Below are positions 36,045 through 44,698 of a DNA stretch of 57,430 bases, piece after piece (the first letter of the stretch is position 1; each line of letters begins with the position of its first letter). The notes beneath the pieces were generated by a model. That model made no database searches. It saw only the letters and a list, made by a program, of their open reading frames with translations, and had not been told where the DNA came from. The stretch lies in the NCBI GenBank assembly GCA_036393495.1, contig DASWGY010000137.1, positions 1 to 57,430 of the forward strand, read 5' to 3'. The DNA comes from Candidatus Limnocylindrales bacterium (GTDB lineage Bacteria > Chloroflexota > Limnocylindria > Limnocylindrales > CSP1-4). A program made the translations under genes and the position numbers.

Positions 36045-36782
36045 ATGAGCCGACCGCTGCTCGGGGGCCGTACCACCTACGGGCAGGACCTCGGTATCCT
36101 CATGCTCGACACCCGATTCGAACGGCTCCGGGGCGATGTCGGGAACGCGTCCACGTGGCCGTTCCCGGTCCGTTACAAGGTCGTGACCGGCGCGACCTCG
36201 TCCCGGATCATGGGCCGCGAGCCCGACCCCGATCTCATCGCACCGTTCGTGGCCGCGGCCCGCGAGCTCGACGCGGACGGCGTCACGGCGATCACGACGA
36301 GCTGTGGCTTTCTGGCCGCCTTCCAGCCCGAGCTGGCCGCCGCGGTGACAGTACCGGTCGTGACGTCGGCCCTCCTCCAGGTGCCGCTCGCGGCCCGGAT
36401 GATCGGACCGGACCGGCGGGTGGGCATCCTCACTGAGCGCCCGAACCTCACGGAGGCCCATTTCCGGGCCCTCGGCTGGTCCTCGACGGAGGTTCCGGTC
36501 GTCATCCGAGCGTTGCCCGACGAGGCCGTCTTCCCCACCATCTTCATCGACGGATCCGGCCGTCGCGTCGAGCCGAACCTCCTCGAGGCCGAGCTCGTCA
36601 GCGCCGCAGCGGCCCTGATCGCCGACGCCCCTGACGTTGGGGCGATCGTCCTCGAATGCACGAACTTCGTGCCCTTCTCTGCGGCCATGCGACGAGCGAC
36701 CGGACGGGCCGTTTTCGATCTGTACACCCTCGTCGCCGGGGTCAGTGCCGCCAGCCGGGAGACGGCTGTACGAGGCGGCTGA
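36045..36782 (+). CDS. Asp/Glu/hydantoin-racemase-fold protein (two-cysteine type), copy 2
   Basis: Clear paralog of 33458-34192 (GDVGNASTWPFPVRYKVV, ITTSCGFLAAFQP, LLQVPLAARMIGPDRRVGILT, VLECTNFVPF). GGAGGA SD. It is divergent from the AcnX operon. Confidence 0.7.
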   Translation: MSRPLLGGRTTYGQDLGILMLDTRFERLRGDVGNASTWPFPVRYKVVTGATSSRIMGREPDPDLIAPFVAAARELDADGVTAITTSCGFLAAFQPELAAAVTVPVVTSALLQVPLAARMIGPDRRVGILTERPNLTEAHFRALGWSSTEVPVVIRALPDEAVFPTIFIDGSGRRVEPNLLEAELVSAAAALIADAPDVGAIVLECTNFVPFSAAMRRATGRAVFDLYTLVAGVSAASRETAVRGG

Positions 36783-36815
36783 CGGCGGTCCTGCCCAGGA
36801 TCGAGCCCGCTCTGC

Positions 36816-38153
36816 TCAATCCGACCCCGGCGTCAGCAACAGGGTCAATCGCCCGAGGTCGTCGAGATCTTCGAGGGACTCGACCAGAGCGACAGCGTCT
36901 GCCAGCCGCTCAGGGTCGACGAAGTGGGAACCGTCGCGCGCCAGCCAGGTCTGGGGCTCCTCGGGCGGGAAGACGTGGTCTGAGCCCTCGGCCGCGATCG
37001 TCCGCCCATCGATCAGGTCGATCTCGAGGCGGGCATACCGGATGGGATGACCAGGCTCGAGCTCGATCCTTGTCCGGCGGAGGATCTCGCCGGAGCCGCC
37101 GTCCAAGCCCCAGATGAAGCGGTCATCCCGAAGGCCACCATCGTGGAGGATCGCCGACACCTGGAATGCGGCCGAGGATGCCATTTCGGACGGCGTCGCG
37201 AACGGCCCCAGACTGTGCCCGGCCCGGAAGTTCGCCCGCTCCTCGGGGAGACAGATCCTGATCTCGCGAACATCGGGCGGTCGCACGCCGTGCCGGGCGA
37301 CGAGATCGAGAGTCAGCTCGATCGGGACGATGTTCAGGGCGGTCCCGTCGTAGCGCTTGGTTGTCGCATTGCGAATCTCGGGCTCGCGGCCGAGCTCCGC
37401 GACGGCTCCGTCGATCGCCGCCGGCAGCACCCCGAAGAAGGACTCGTAGAACCCATTGCGGCCCTCGAGCACGTCGTCCGCCGCCCGCCCGCCTTCCTCG
37501 GCCAGGATCGCCCCGAGCATCCCGTTGCGGGCAACGAGGCTGTAGTAATGGGTGACCAGGTCGCCGATCGCGAGCCCCATCGCCGAATGCGCCGCGTACC
37601 CGATCGCGTGCGCGGCACGGGCGGAATCGAGGCCGAGCAGCCGGGCGCTGACGGCTGCCGCGCCGAATGGCCCGAACGGGATCGTGGGCCGTCGAGGAAC
37701 GGTCCCGTCCCAGGCCCAGATCGACCGCCCGAGCACGCCGATGACTTCGTAGCCGGCGACGATCGCGGCCAGGACGTCGCGGCCGTTTCGATGGCACGCC
37801 TCGCCGAAGGCCAGGGCCGGCGGGATCGTCACGAGGCCGGCGTGGACGCCGACGGGGAAGAGGACGTCGTCTCGGCCGTTGGCCCGCATCAGGGTGCAGT
37901 TCGCGAATGCTGCATCGAGCGGCTGGTGGCCGCCATCTCGACCGATGACCCTGCAGGGGCCAGCAGAGCCGAGGCGCTCGGCGACCCGGATCGCGGCCTC
38001 GCCGGCCGGCTGGCGCGCCCCGGTGAACGCGAGCCCGAGGTGATAGATGATGAGGTCCTTGGCCGTCCGGACCACGGAGGGCGAGAGATCCTCGTATCGA
38101 ACCGTCGACACGTAGGCGCCGACCCGCTCACTCAACGTCGATGATGCTGGCAT
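36816..38153 (-). CDS. MmgE/PrpD-family protein (2-methylcitrate-dehydratase-like fold)
   Basis: LSERVGAYVSTVRYEDLSPSVVRTAKDLIIYHLGLAF is a typical family N-terminus, followed by the AGYEVIGVLG block. ATG at 38153. Confidence 0.8.
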   Translation of the reverse strand: MPASSTLSERVGAYVSTVRYEDLSPSVVRTAKDLIIYHLGLAFTGARQPAGEAAIRVAERLGSAGPCRVIGRDGGHQPLDAAFANCTLMRANGRDDVLFPVGVHAGLVTIPPALAFGEACHRNGRDVLAAIVAGYEVIGVLGRSIWAWDGTVPRRPTIPFGPFGAAAVSARLLGLDSARAAHAIGYAAHSAMGLAIGDLVTHYYSLVARNGMLGAILAEEGGRAADDVLEGRNGFYESFFGVLPAAIDGAVAELGREPEIRNATTKRYDGTALNIVPIELTLDLVARHGVRPPDVREIRICLPEERANFRAGHSLGPFATPSEMASSAAFQVSAILHDGGLRDDRFIWGLDGGSGEILRRTRIELEPGHPIRYARLEIDLIDGRTIAAEGSDHVFPPEEPQTWLARDGSHFVDPERLADAVALVESLEDLDDLGRLTLLLTPGSD

Positions 38154-38197
38154 GAACGGCACCTCGGTAGGGGTCGCGCCGGCGCCCGGGGGCTGAT

Positions 38198-38219
38198 GAC
38201 GGATCCTGATATCGCATCC
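38198..38219. promoter_or_regulatory. GATATC / GTTATC motif pair between the PrpD-like gene and dapL
   Basis: GATATCGCATCCCGATGTTATC, with a hexamer offset of 16 bp. Confidence 0.5.
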
Positions 38220-38296
38220 CGATGTTATCATCGCCCGATCGTGGCTCAGTGGCGGCAGAATGCGTTCGCACCCACCCCGGACAGGAGGCCGATCGA

Positions 38297-39502
38297 ATGA
38301 ACGACCCCCGCGCAGAGCGGCTCCGAAGGCTGCCGCCGTATCTCTACATGGAGATCCGACGAAAGACCCGCGAGGCCCAGGCGCGAGGAATCGACGTGAT
38401 CAGCCTGGGCGTCGGCGACCCGGATCGGCCGACGCCCGATCACATCATCAGCGCCCTCGTCGAGGCGGCCGGGAAACCAGAGAACCACCGCTACCCTACC
38501 GATGAGGAGAAGGGTATGCGGGCCTTCCGGGAGTCGGTCGCCGGGTGGTACGGGCGCCGGTTCGGCGTCGACCTCGATCCCGACGGCGAGGTCGTCGCCC
38601 TCATCGGCAGCAAGGAAGGCAACCACCACCTGGCGCTCGCCGTGCTCGACCCGGGTGATGTCGCGATCATCCCCGACCCGGGCTACCCGGCCTACCTCGC
38701 AAGCGCGATCTTCGCCGGCGCCGAGGTGGTCCGGGTCCCCCTGCGGCCCGAGAACGACTTCGTCCTGGACATCAACGACCTTGGCGACGAGCTCGGCCGC
38801 CGGGCCCGGTTGTTGTGGCTCAGCTACCCGAACAACCCAACGACCGCGGTCGTCGACGTGCCGTTCTTCGAGCGCGTTGTTGCCTGGGCCCGCCGCAACG
38901 ATGTCGTCGTCGTCAACGACAACCCGTACTCCGAGATCGCCTTCGACGGTGTCCGGATCCCGAGCATCCTCGAGGCGGACGGGGCCCGGGACGTGGCCAT
39001 CGAATTCAACAGCCTGTCGAAGCCGTACAACATGACCGGCTGGCGGATCGGGATGGCGGTGGGCAATCGCGAGCTGGTCGGGGCCATCGCCCAGGTCAAG
39101 GAGAATACCGACAGCGGCGTCTTCAACGCCGTCCAGTACGCCGGCATCGCCGCCCTCGATGGTCCCCAGGACGCGATCGCGGCGAATCTCGAGGTGTACC
39201 GCCGTCGGCGCGACCTCGTCGTGGACACGCTCCGATCCGTTGGCCTGGCGCTCGATCGGCCGAAAGCCACGTTCTACGTCTGGGCCCCGATCCCGCCGGG
39301 CCTTGGCAGCATCGAGTATGCCGGCCGGCTGCTCGATCTCACGGGTGTCGTGGTGACGCCGGGGATCGGCTATGGGCAAATGGGCGAGGGGTATGTGCGT
39401 CTCTCACTGTCCGTCCCGGACGCCCGCCTCGCCGAGGCGATGGACCGGCTGAGCTCCGCTCGTCACGAGCTGGCCGCGCTCCCGGCGACGGCAGCCGGGT
39501 AG
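38297..39502 (+). CDS. dapL: LL-diaminopimelate aminotransferase (DapL-type class I aminotransferase)
   Basis: LPPYLYMEI, ISLGVGDPDRPTP, LIGSKEGNHHL, YPNNPT, and NSLSKPYNMTGWRIGMAVGN (the PLP lysine block). AGGAGG SD. It is followed by dapF. Confidence 0.75.
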   Translation: MNDPRAERLRRLPPYLYMEIRRKTREAQARGIDVISLGVGDPDRPTPDHIISALVEAAGKPENHRYPTDEEKGMRAFRESVAGWYGRRFGVDLDPDGEVVALIGSKEGNHHLALAVLDPGDVAIIPDPGYPAYLASAIFAGAEVVRVPLRPENDFVLDINDLGDELGRRARLLWLSYPNNPTTAVVDVPFFERVVAWARRNDVVVVNDNPYSEIAFDGVRIPSILEADGARDVAIEFNSLSKPYNMTGWRIGMAVGNRELVGAIAQVKENTDSGVFNAVQYAGIAALDGPQDAIAANLEVYRRRRDLVVDTLRSVGLALDRPKATFYVWAPIPPGLGSIEYAGRLLDLTGVVVTPGIGYGQMGEGYVRLSLSVPDARLAEAMDRLSSARHELAALPATAAG

Positions 39503-39509
39503 CCGCAGC

Positions 39510-40328
39510 GTGGCCCACTTCATCAAGTCCCACGGGCTCGGCAACGACTACCTCGTCATCGATCCCCGGGACCTTCCAGTCGAGCTGACGCCGGAGGCGA
39601 CGCGCCGGATCTGCGATCGCAATCGGGGCGTCGGCTCCGATGGCATCCTCCTCGTCGCCCCCTCCACTGCCGCTGACTTCGGGGTCCGGATCCTCAATCC
39701 CGATGGCAGCGAGGCCGAGAAGAGCGGCAACGGCGTCCGGATCTTCGCCAAGTTCCTGCGCGACCATGGCTACTCCGATCGCGATCGGTTCGTGATCGAG
39801 ACTCCCGGCGGCCTCGTGGCGGTCGAGCTCCACCGCCGCGACGGGCGCGTCGCCGAAGTCCTGGCCGAGATGGGCCGCGCTCGGTTCGACGACCTTGACG
39901 CCATCGATGTCGACGGTGGGCGGCTTGACGTCACCTCGGTGTCGGTCGGCAACCCCCATTGCGTCGTCGTCGTGCCCGACCTCGGCGCCGTCGATGTCCG
40001 GGGGCTCGGACCCAAGATCGAATCCCACCCCGCCTTTCCAAACCGGACCAACGTCCAGTTCGTCCAGGTCGTCACAAGGAGCGAGGTCCGCGCCGAGATC
40101 TGGGAGCGGGGAGCCGGCTACACCCTCGCCTCCGGCTCCAGCGCCTGCGCCGTCGCGGCGGCGTGCCATCGCCTCGGGCTCGTCGACCGGGAGGTCGCCG
40201 TGACGATGCCCGGGGGGCAGCTCCAGATCGCGATCGGCGAGGACGGGATGCTGCGGATGCTGGGACCCGTGGAGGAGGTCTGTAGCGGTGACCTCAGCGA
40301 GGAGCTCCTGGCGTCGTTGCGGGGCTGA
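39510..40328 (+). CDS. dapF: Diaminopimelate epimerase
   Basis: SHGLGNDYLVID, GSDGILLV, GNPHCVVVV and ERGAGYTLASGSSACAV include both catalytic Cys blocks. GTG start. Confidence 0.9.
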   Translation: MAHFIKSHGLGNDYLVIDPRDLPVELTPEATRRICDRNRGVGSDGILLVAPSTAADFGVRILNPDGSEAEKSGNGVRIFAKFLRDHGYSDRDRFVIETPGGLVAVELHRRDGRVAEVLAEMGRARFDDLDAIDVDGGRLDVTSVSVGNPHCVVVVPDLGAVDVRGLGPKIESHPAFPNRTNVQFVQVVTRSEVRAEIWERGAGYTLASGSSACAVAAACHRLGLVDREVAVTMPGGQLQIAIGEDGMLRMLGPVEEVCSGDLSEELLASLRG

Positions 40329-42834
40329 CCGCAGCGGCCAGGGTCGGGCCGTCGTCGGGTCGGACGGGGCGCACCCGGCACAGCGAGGATCGGTGGGGAA
40401 TGCCCCCGCTGATCGGGTCCCGAGCGTCGTTGTGGACGAGTAGGTTCACGTTCGATCCGCGCCGGTCGTAGGGGTCGATTGCCGGCAGGCCGATCTCCTC
40501 GGCGGCCTCCCACCAGCCGTGGCTGGTGCAGACCACGCCCGGCGCGATGGCGACGGTGACATCGGCTTGGGCTCGCGACTGACCGCGGGGCGTCTCGATG
40601 ATGACCCAGGCACCGTCCTCGATGCCATGCACTGCGGCCGTCTCGGGATGGATCTCGAGGGTCGGGTTCGGGTGGCTACGCCGAAGCGATGCGATCCCGC
40701 GGCCCTGGCTGTGGAGATACTGGGGTCGCTTGGCATTGGTCAGGACTAGCGGGTAGTCGCGCGCGAGCTCCGGGGTCCGAAGCGGGCTCTCGAGCGGCTC
40801 GTGGTACTCGGGCAGCGCCGGCTGACCGTGCTCCGCGAAAGCATCGACGAACAGCTCGACCTTTCGGGTCGGGGTGGCAAACCCCACCGGCCCGCCGGAC
40901 TCCGCCGGCTCGGCGTACTTCCGGTGGCGGATCGGGGGGGCAACCGGGATGCCGTGAGGCCGATCCAGGAGACCGGCCCACGTCAAGCCGGCGGGGGCAA
41001 GGACCTCGTCATAGGCAGCGCCGACATCCCCGCCGGCGAAGCGGTCACCGAGCCCGAGCCTGACCGCGAGGTCGAAGATGATCTCGACGTCGGGTCGCCG
41101 CTCGTAGCGGGGCGCGACGCTCCGTCGCCGGCGCTGGGCCATCCCGGCCCCGGTAACGATGAACATCTCGCTCTCGAGGAAGCTTGCCGCCGGGAGGACG
41201 ACGTCGGCGAAGGCGTTCGTGGGGGTGTGGTACAGCTCGGCTTGGGCGAAGAATTCGAGCCGCTCCAGCGCGGCCCGGCCGCGCTGCGGATCACCAGTGT
41301 TCATGATCGTGTTGCCGCCGAACGAGAGGAGCCCACGGACCTGGTAGGGCCGGCCTTCGAGGATGGCCGTGTAGAGGTCGTACGCGGCGATGTTTCCGGG
41401 GGGCGCGACCGGTGGACCCAATGGCCGATCGTCGCGGCCCAGGCGCCGGCTGGCCTGCTCCGGGCTGAGCGCGCCGGGCGCCCCAATGTCGGAGGTTCGG
41501 GGCCGCGACGGCATGACGTTTCCACCCGGCCGGTCCCAGTCACCGAGGAGGGCGTAGAGAACCTCGATCGCCCGACCCGCCTGGGTCGCGTTCGTGTGCT
41601 GGACGATCCCGTTCCAGGTGTGGTGGGACACCGGGCGGTTCCCGGTCATCAGGTCGAGGGCGGCCCGGATATCGGACGCGGCCACGCCCGTGATCCGGGC
41701 GGCGGTCTCCGGCTCGCACAGGGCTGCGGTCTCAGCCAGGCGCTCCACGACGGTCCGGCAAGGTACGGACCCACCCCGCGCAAGGCGAGCGTCGACGCGA
41801 CCGCGGATTGCAAGCCGCTCCGTCGGGCGGTCATAGGTGCCCGTCCGCGGATCGAGGACGGCGAGTTCGCCGGAGCTGGCGTCGAGGGCCACGAACCCGT
41901 CCGGCAGCGGAGATGGTCGGCGGGGCCCGGCGTCAGCGGTCGGATCGGCCGCGACCGCGACGTCGCCCGCCCGGAGCAGGCGCCCGGTGTCGTCCCGGAC
42001 GAGCAGCGGGCCGTTGGTCCAGTCGCGGACGAACTCGAGGTCGTAGCGGCGGCCTTCAATGAGGAGATGGATGAACGCCAGGGCCAGCGCCGCATCCGTC
42101 CCGGGCCGGACCTGGAGGACGACGTCGGCCTTGTTGGCCAGCCCGATCCGACGCGGATCCACGACGACGAGCCGAGCACCCCGGCGGCGGGCCGCCACGA
42201 CGCCGGTCGCGAGGTTCAGGAGCGTGGCCGACGGGTTCGAGCCCCACAGGACGATGCAGCCGCTCCGGTCGACGTCGGGCATCGGTAGCGGATAGACGCC
42301 GAACGTGTAGTGGGCGGCTCCGTCCCGGGCCCAGTTGCAGAGGTGGGTGTTGGTCATGTAGTTCGGGGATCCGAAGGCACCGGCCAGGCGCTTGACCCAC
42401 GGCTCGGTCGGAGACAGGCCGGTCCCGCTGCCGGTGCCACGACCGAAGGCCACAGCCTCGGGTCCCGACACCGCCCGTATCTCGAGGAGGCGAGCGGCAA
42501 TCAGCCCCAGCGCCTCGTCCCAGGTCGCCTCGCGCCAGCCCGGCTCGGGGTCGCTCTTGGGCCGGGTCCGGATCAGGGGCCGATTCAGCCGATGGGGATG
42601 ATCGTGGATCTCGGGCGCGGCCCGGCCTTTGGCGCAGATGGCGCCACCCTGGGGATGCTCGAGATCCGGCTCGAGGGCCGCGACCCGGTCGCCGTCGATG
42701 GCGACCGCCGACGGGCAACCAACGCCGCACAGGCTGCAATACGTCCTGACGACATCCCCGACGAGCCGCGACTCGCCTCGACGACCCGCCCGGCGGATGG
42801 GGGCGGTGTCGTGGTCGGCCGAGGATGTCGTCAT
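40294..42834 (-). CDS. Molybdopterin (bis-MGD) oxidoreductase, DMSO-reductase/formate-dehydrogenase superfamily
   Basis: N-terminal 4Fe-4S motif CSLCGVGCPSAV...ICAKG. Also NTHLCNWARDG (candidate Mo-ligand Cys) and the VVVDPRR and VLPAASFLE blocks. ATG at 42834. The 3' end overlaps dapF by 35 nt (convergent). Confidence 0.85.
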   Translation of the reverse strand: MTTSSADHDTAPIRRAGRRGESRLVGDVVRTYCSLCGVGCPSAVAIDGDRVAALEPDLEHPQGGAICAKGRAAPEIHDHPHRLNRPLIRTRPKSDPEPGWREATWDEALGLIAARLLEIRAVSGPEAVAFGRGTGSGTGLSPTEPWVKRLAGAFGSPNYMTNTHLCNWARDGAAHYTFGVYPLPMPDVDRSGCIVLWGSNPSATLLNLATGVVAARRRGARLVVVDPRRIGLANKADVVLQVRPGTDAALALAFIHLLIEGRRYDLEFVRDWTNGPLLVRDDTGRLLRAGDVAVAADPTADAGPRRPSPLPDGFVALDASSGELAVLDPRTGTYDRPTERLAIRGRVDARLARGGSVPCRTVVERLAETAALCEPETAARITGVAASDIRAALDLMTGNRPVSHHTWNGIVQHTNATQAGRAIEVLYALLGDWDRPGGNVMPSRPRTSDIGAPGALSPEQASRRLGRDDRPLGPPVAPPGNIAAYDLYTAILEGRPYQVRGLLSFGGNTIMNTGDPQRGRAALERLEFFAQAELYHTPTNAFADVVLPAASFLESEMFIVTGAGMAQRRRRSVAPRYERRPDVEIIFDLAVRLGLGDRFAGGDVGAAYDEVLAPAGLTWAGLLDRPHGIPVAPPIRHRKYAEPAESGGPVGFATPTRKVELFVDAFAEHGQPALPEYHEPLESPLRTPELARDYPLVLTNAKRPQYLHSQGRGIASLRRSHPNPTLEIHPETAAVHGIEDGAWVIIETPRGQSRAQADVTVAIAPGVVCTSHGWWEAAEEIGLPAIDPYDRRGSNVNLLVHNDARDPISGGIPHRSSLCRVRPVRPDDGPTLAAAVSPATTPGAPR

Positions 42835-42888
42835 CTGGGCACCTCGCTCGGACGCGGCTGCGGTCGGGCGCTTGGCGGCATGATGTCG

Positions 42889-42906
42889 GATATCGATATC
42901 GTATAC
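42889..42906. promoter_or_regulatory. Tandem GATATC-GATATC motif between the Mo-oxidoreductase and MFS genes
   Basis: GATATCGATATCGTATAC. Confidence 0.55.
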
Positions 42907-42986
42907 CCTTCTCGAGCGTCCTCCCCGAGGCGCGGTGCTACGGTGCTGGCCGCGCTGCCTACGACGCGCTGACGAGGAGTCCGACC

Positions 42987-44231
42987 GTGGCAACGACAGA
43001 GCCGGAGGCCGGCGGCCGGATCGCGGGCGATACCGGCCCGATGATCACCGCCCGTTCGGCGATGACGTTCGTGGTCCTTCTCGGCTCGGTCAGCCTCTTC
43101 TCGGACGCGACCTATGAAGGCGGACGCAGCCTCGTCGGCCAGTTCCTCCAGCTCCTCGGCTCGAGCGCTGCGGCAGTGGGCATCGCGGTTGGCGCCGGCG
43201 AGTTCCTTGGTTATGCCCTGCGGCTCGTATCCGGGTACGCGGCTGACCGGACCGGCGCGTACTGGCGGATCACCCTGCTCGGCTACGGCATCAATCTCCT
43301 GGCGATGCCGCTCCTCGCCTTTGTCGGCCGCTGGGAGATTGCCATCGCCCTGCTCTTCATCGAGCGCATCGGAAAGGCCATCCGAAACCCGGCTCGGGAC
43401 GCGATGCTGTCCTACGCGACGAAGGAGATGGGCCGCGGCTGGGGCTACGGCCTCCACGAGGCGATGGACCAGATCGGCGCGTTCGTTGGACCGCTCAGCG
43501 TGTCGCTGGCGCTGTTCCTGCGCGGCGCCGGCAACGCTGGCCTGGCTGACTACCAGGCCGCCTTCGTTATCCTCTTCGTCCCGGCCGTGATCGCAGTCTC
43601 CCTGCTCCTCCTGGCACGACGGCTGTTCCCGCACCCTCGTGACCTCGAGAGCAAGACCCCCCGAATCAGTGCCGAGGGTCTCGGGCGGACCTACTGGCTG
43701 TTCGTCATCGCGGCAGGGTTCATCGCCGCCGGGTATGCCGATTTCGCCCTCATGGCATTCCATTTCCACGCGATCGAACTGGTATCCGACGAGGTCATCC
43801 CGTTGCTGTTCGCTGTCGGCATGGCCGTCGATGCTGGCGCAGCCCTGGTGATGGGGCGGCTCTACGATCGGTCCGGCTTCGCCGTCCTCATCGTCGCGGT
43901 GGCCCTCGGGGCGATCTTCGCGCCGTTCATCTATTTCGGATCGCTGCCGATCGTGGTCGTCGGGATCGCCCTCTGGGGAATCGGTCTGTCCGCCCAGGAG
44001 AGCATCCTGAAGGCGGCCCTCGCCGGAATCATTCCCCATGAGCGGCGGGCCTACGGGTTCGGACTGTTCGCCACTGTCTTCGGGATCTTCTGGTTCGTCG
44101 GCAGCGCCACGATGGGCCTGTTGTACGACATCGAGGTCGGTTTCCTCGTCGCGTTCTCCGTCGTGAGCCAACTCCTGGCCCTGCCGATCTTCCTGGTCAC
44201 CAGGCGGCGCCTTGCAGCCGGCGAGGCCTGA
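42987..44231 (+). CDS. MFS transporter
   Basis: About 12 hydrophobic helices and the loop motif GYAADRTGAYWR. GTG at 42987 lies 7 nt after GAGGAG. Confidence 0.8.
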   Translation: MATTEPEAGGRIAGDTGPMITARSAMTFVVLLGSVSLFSDATYEGGRSLVGQFLQLLGSSAAAVGIAVGAGEFLGYALRLVSGYAADRTGAYWRITLLGYGINLLAMPLLAFVGRWEIAIALLFIERIGKAIRNPARDAMLSYATKEMGRGWGYGLHEAMDQIGAFVGPLSVSLALFLRGAGNAGLADYQAAFVILFVPAVIAVSLLLLARRLFPHPRDLESKTPRISAEGLGRTYWLFVIAAGFIAAGYADFALMAFHFHAIELVSDEVIPLLFAVGMAVDAGAALVMGRLYDRSGFAVLIVAVALGAIFAPFIYFGSLPIVVVGIALWGIGLSAQESILKAALAGIIPHERRAYGFGLFATVFGIFWFVGSATMGLLYDIEVGFLVAFSVVSQLLALPIFLVTRRRLAAGEA

Positions 44232-44255
44232 GCGCCGGGATCTTCGGTCAGGTCC

Positions 44256-44582
44256 TCAGGACGCCCCGACCGAAGTGGCGGGCTCGGCTTCCATGATCTC
44301 ATCGACGAGTTCTCGGATCTTCGACCGCGACTCCTCGAGCGCCTCCTGCCCGAGGTCGGTGATCCGGTAGTACTTGCGGACCTTGCCGTCCACGACCTGC
44401 TCCTCTCGAGTGAGATAGCCGGTCGCCTCGAGGTTATGGAGAAGCGGGTACAGCGTGCCCGGCGACAGGTGGTAGTCGTGGCGAGCCAGCTCGGCCAGGA
44501 ACGAGACACCGTAGATCGGACCTCGGCTCGCATGGTGCAGCACGTGGACCTTCACGAAGCCAAGGAAGAAGTCGCGGAACAT
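44256..44582 (-). CDS. PadR-family transcriptional regulator
   Basis: VHVLHHASRGPIYGVSFLAELARHDYHLSPGTLYPLLHNLEATGYLTREEQVVDGKVRKYYRITDLG is a canonical PadR winged helix. An alternative start is ATG at 44621. Confidence 0.85.
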   Translation of the reverse strand: MFRDFFLGFVKVHVLHHASRGPIYGVSFLAELARHDYHLSPGTLYPLLHNLEATGYLTREEQVVDGKVRKYYRITDLGQEALEESRSKIRELVDEIMEAEPATSVGAS

Positions 44583-44698
44583 CCGATTTGGCCTCGGATG
44601 GGCGCTGGGATCAGGTGGCATTGGGCAAAGTGTACCGGGCCAGTCCACTGGACGATGCCATGCTCGCCGACGCCCACCGCCGCGCCAGTGGCCCGCCA

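Noticed and set aside
40294-42834. Possible selenocysteine (in-frame TGA) in the molybdopterin oxidoreductase
   Set aside because: The reading frame is uninterrupted. A Cys (NTHLCNW) occupies the likely Mo-ligand region. I noticed no SECIS-like interruption.
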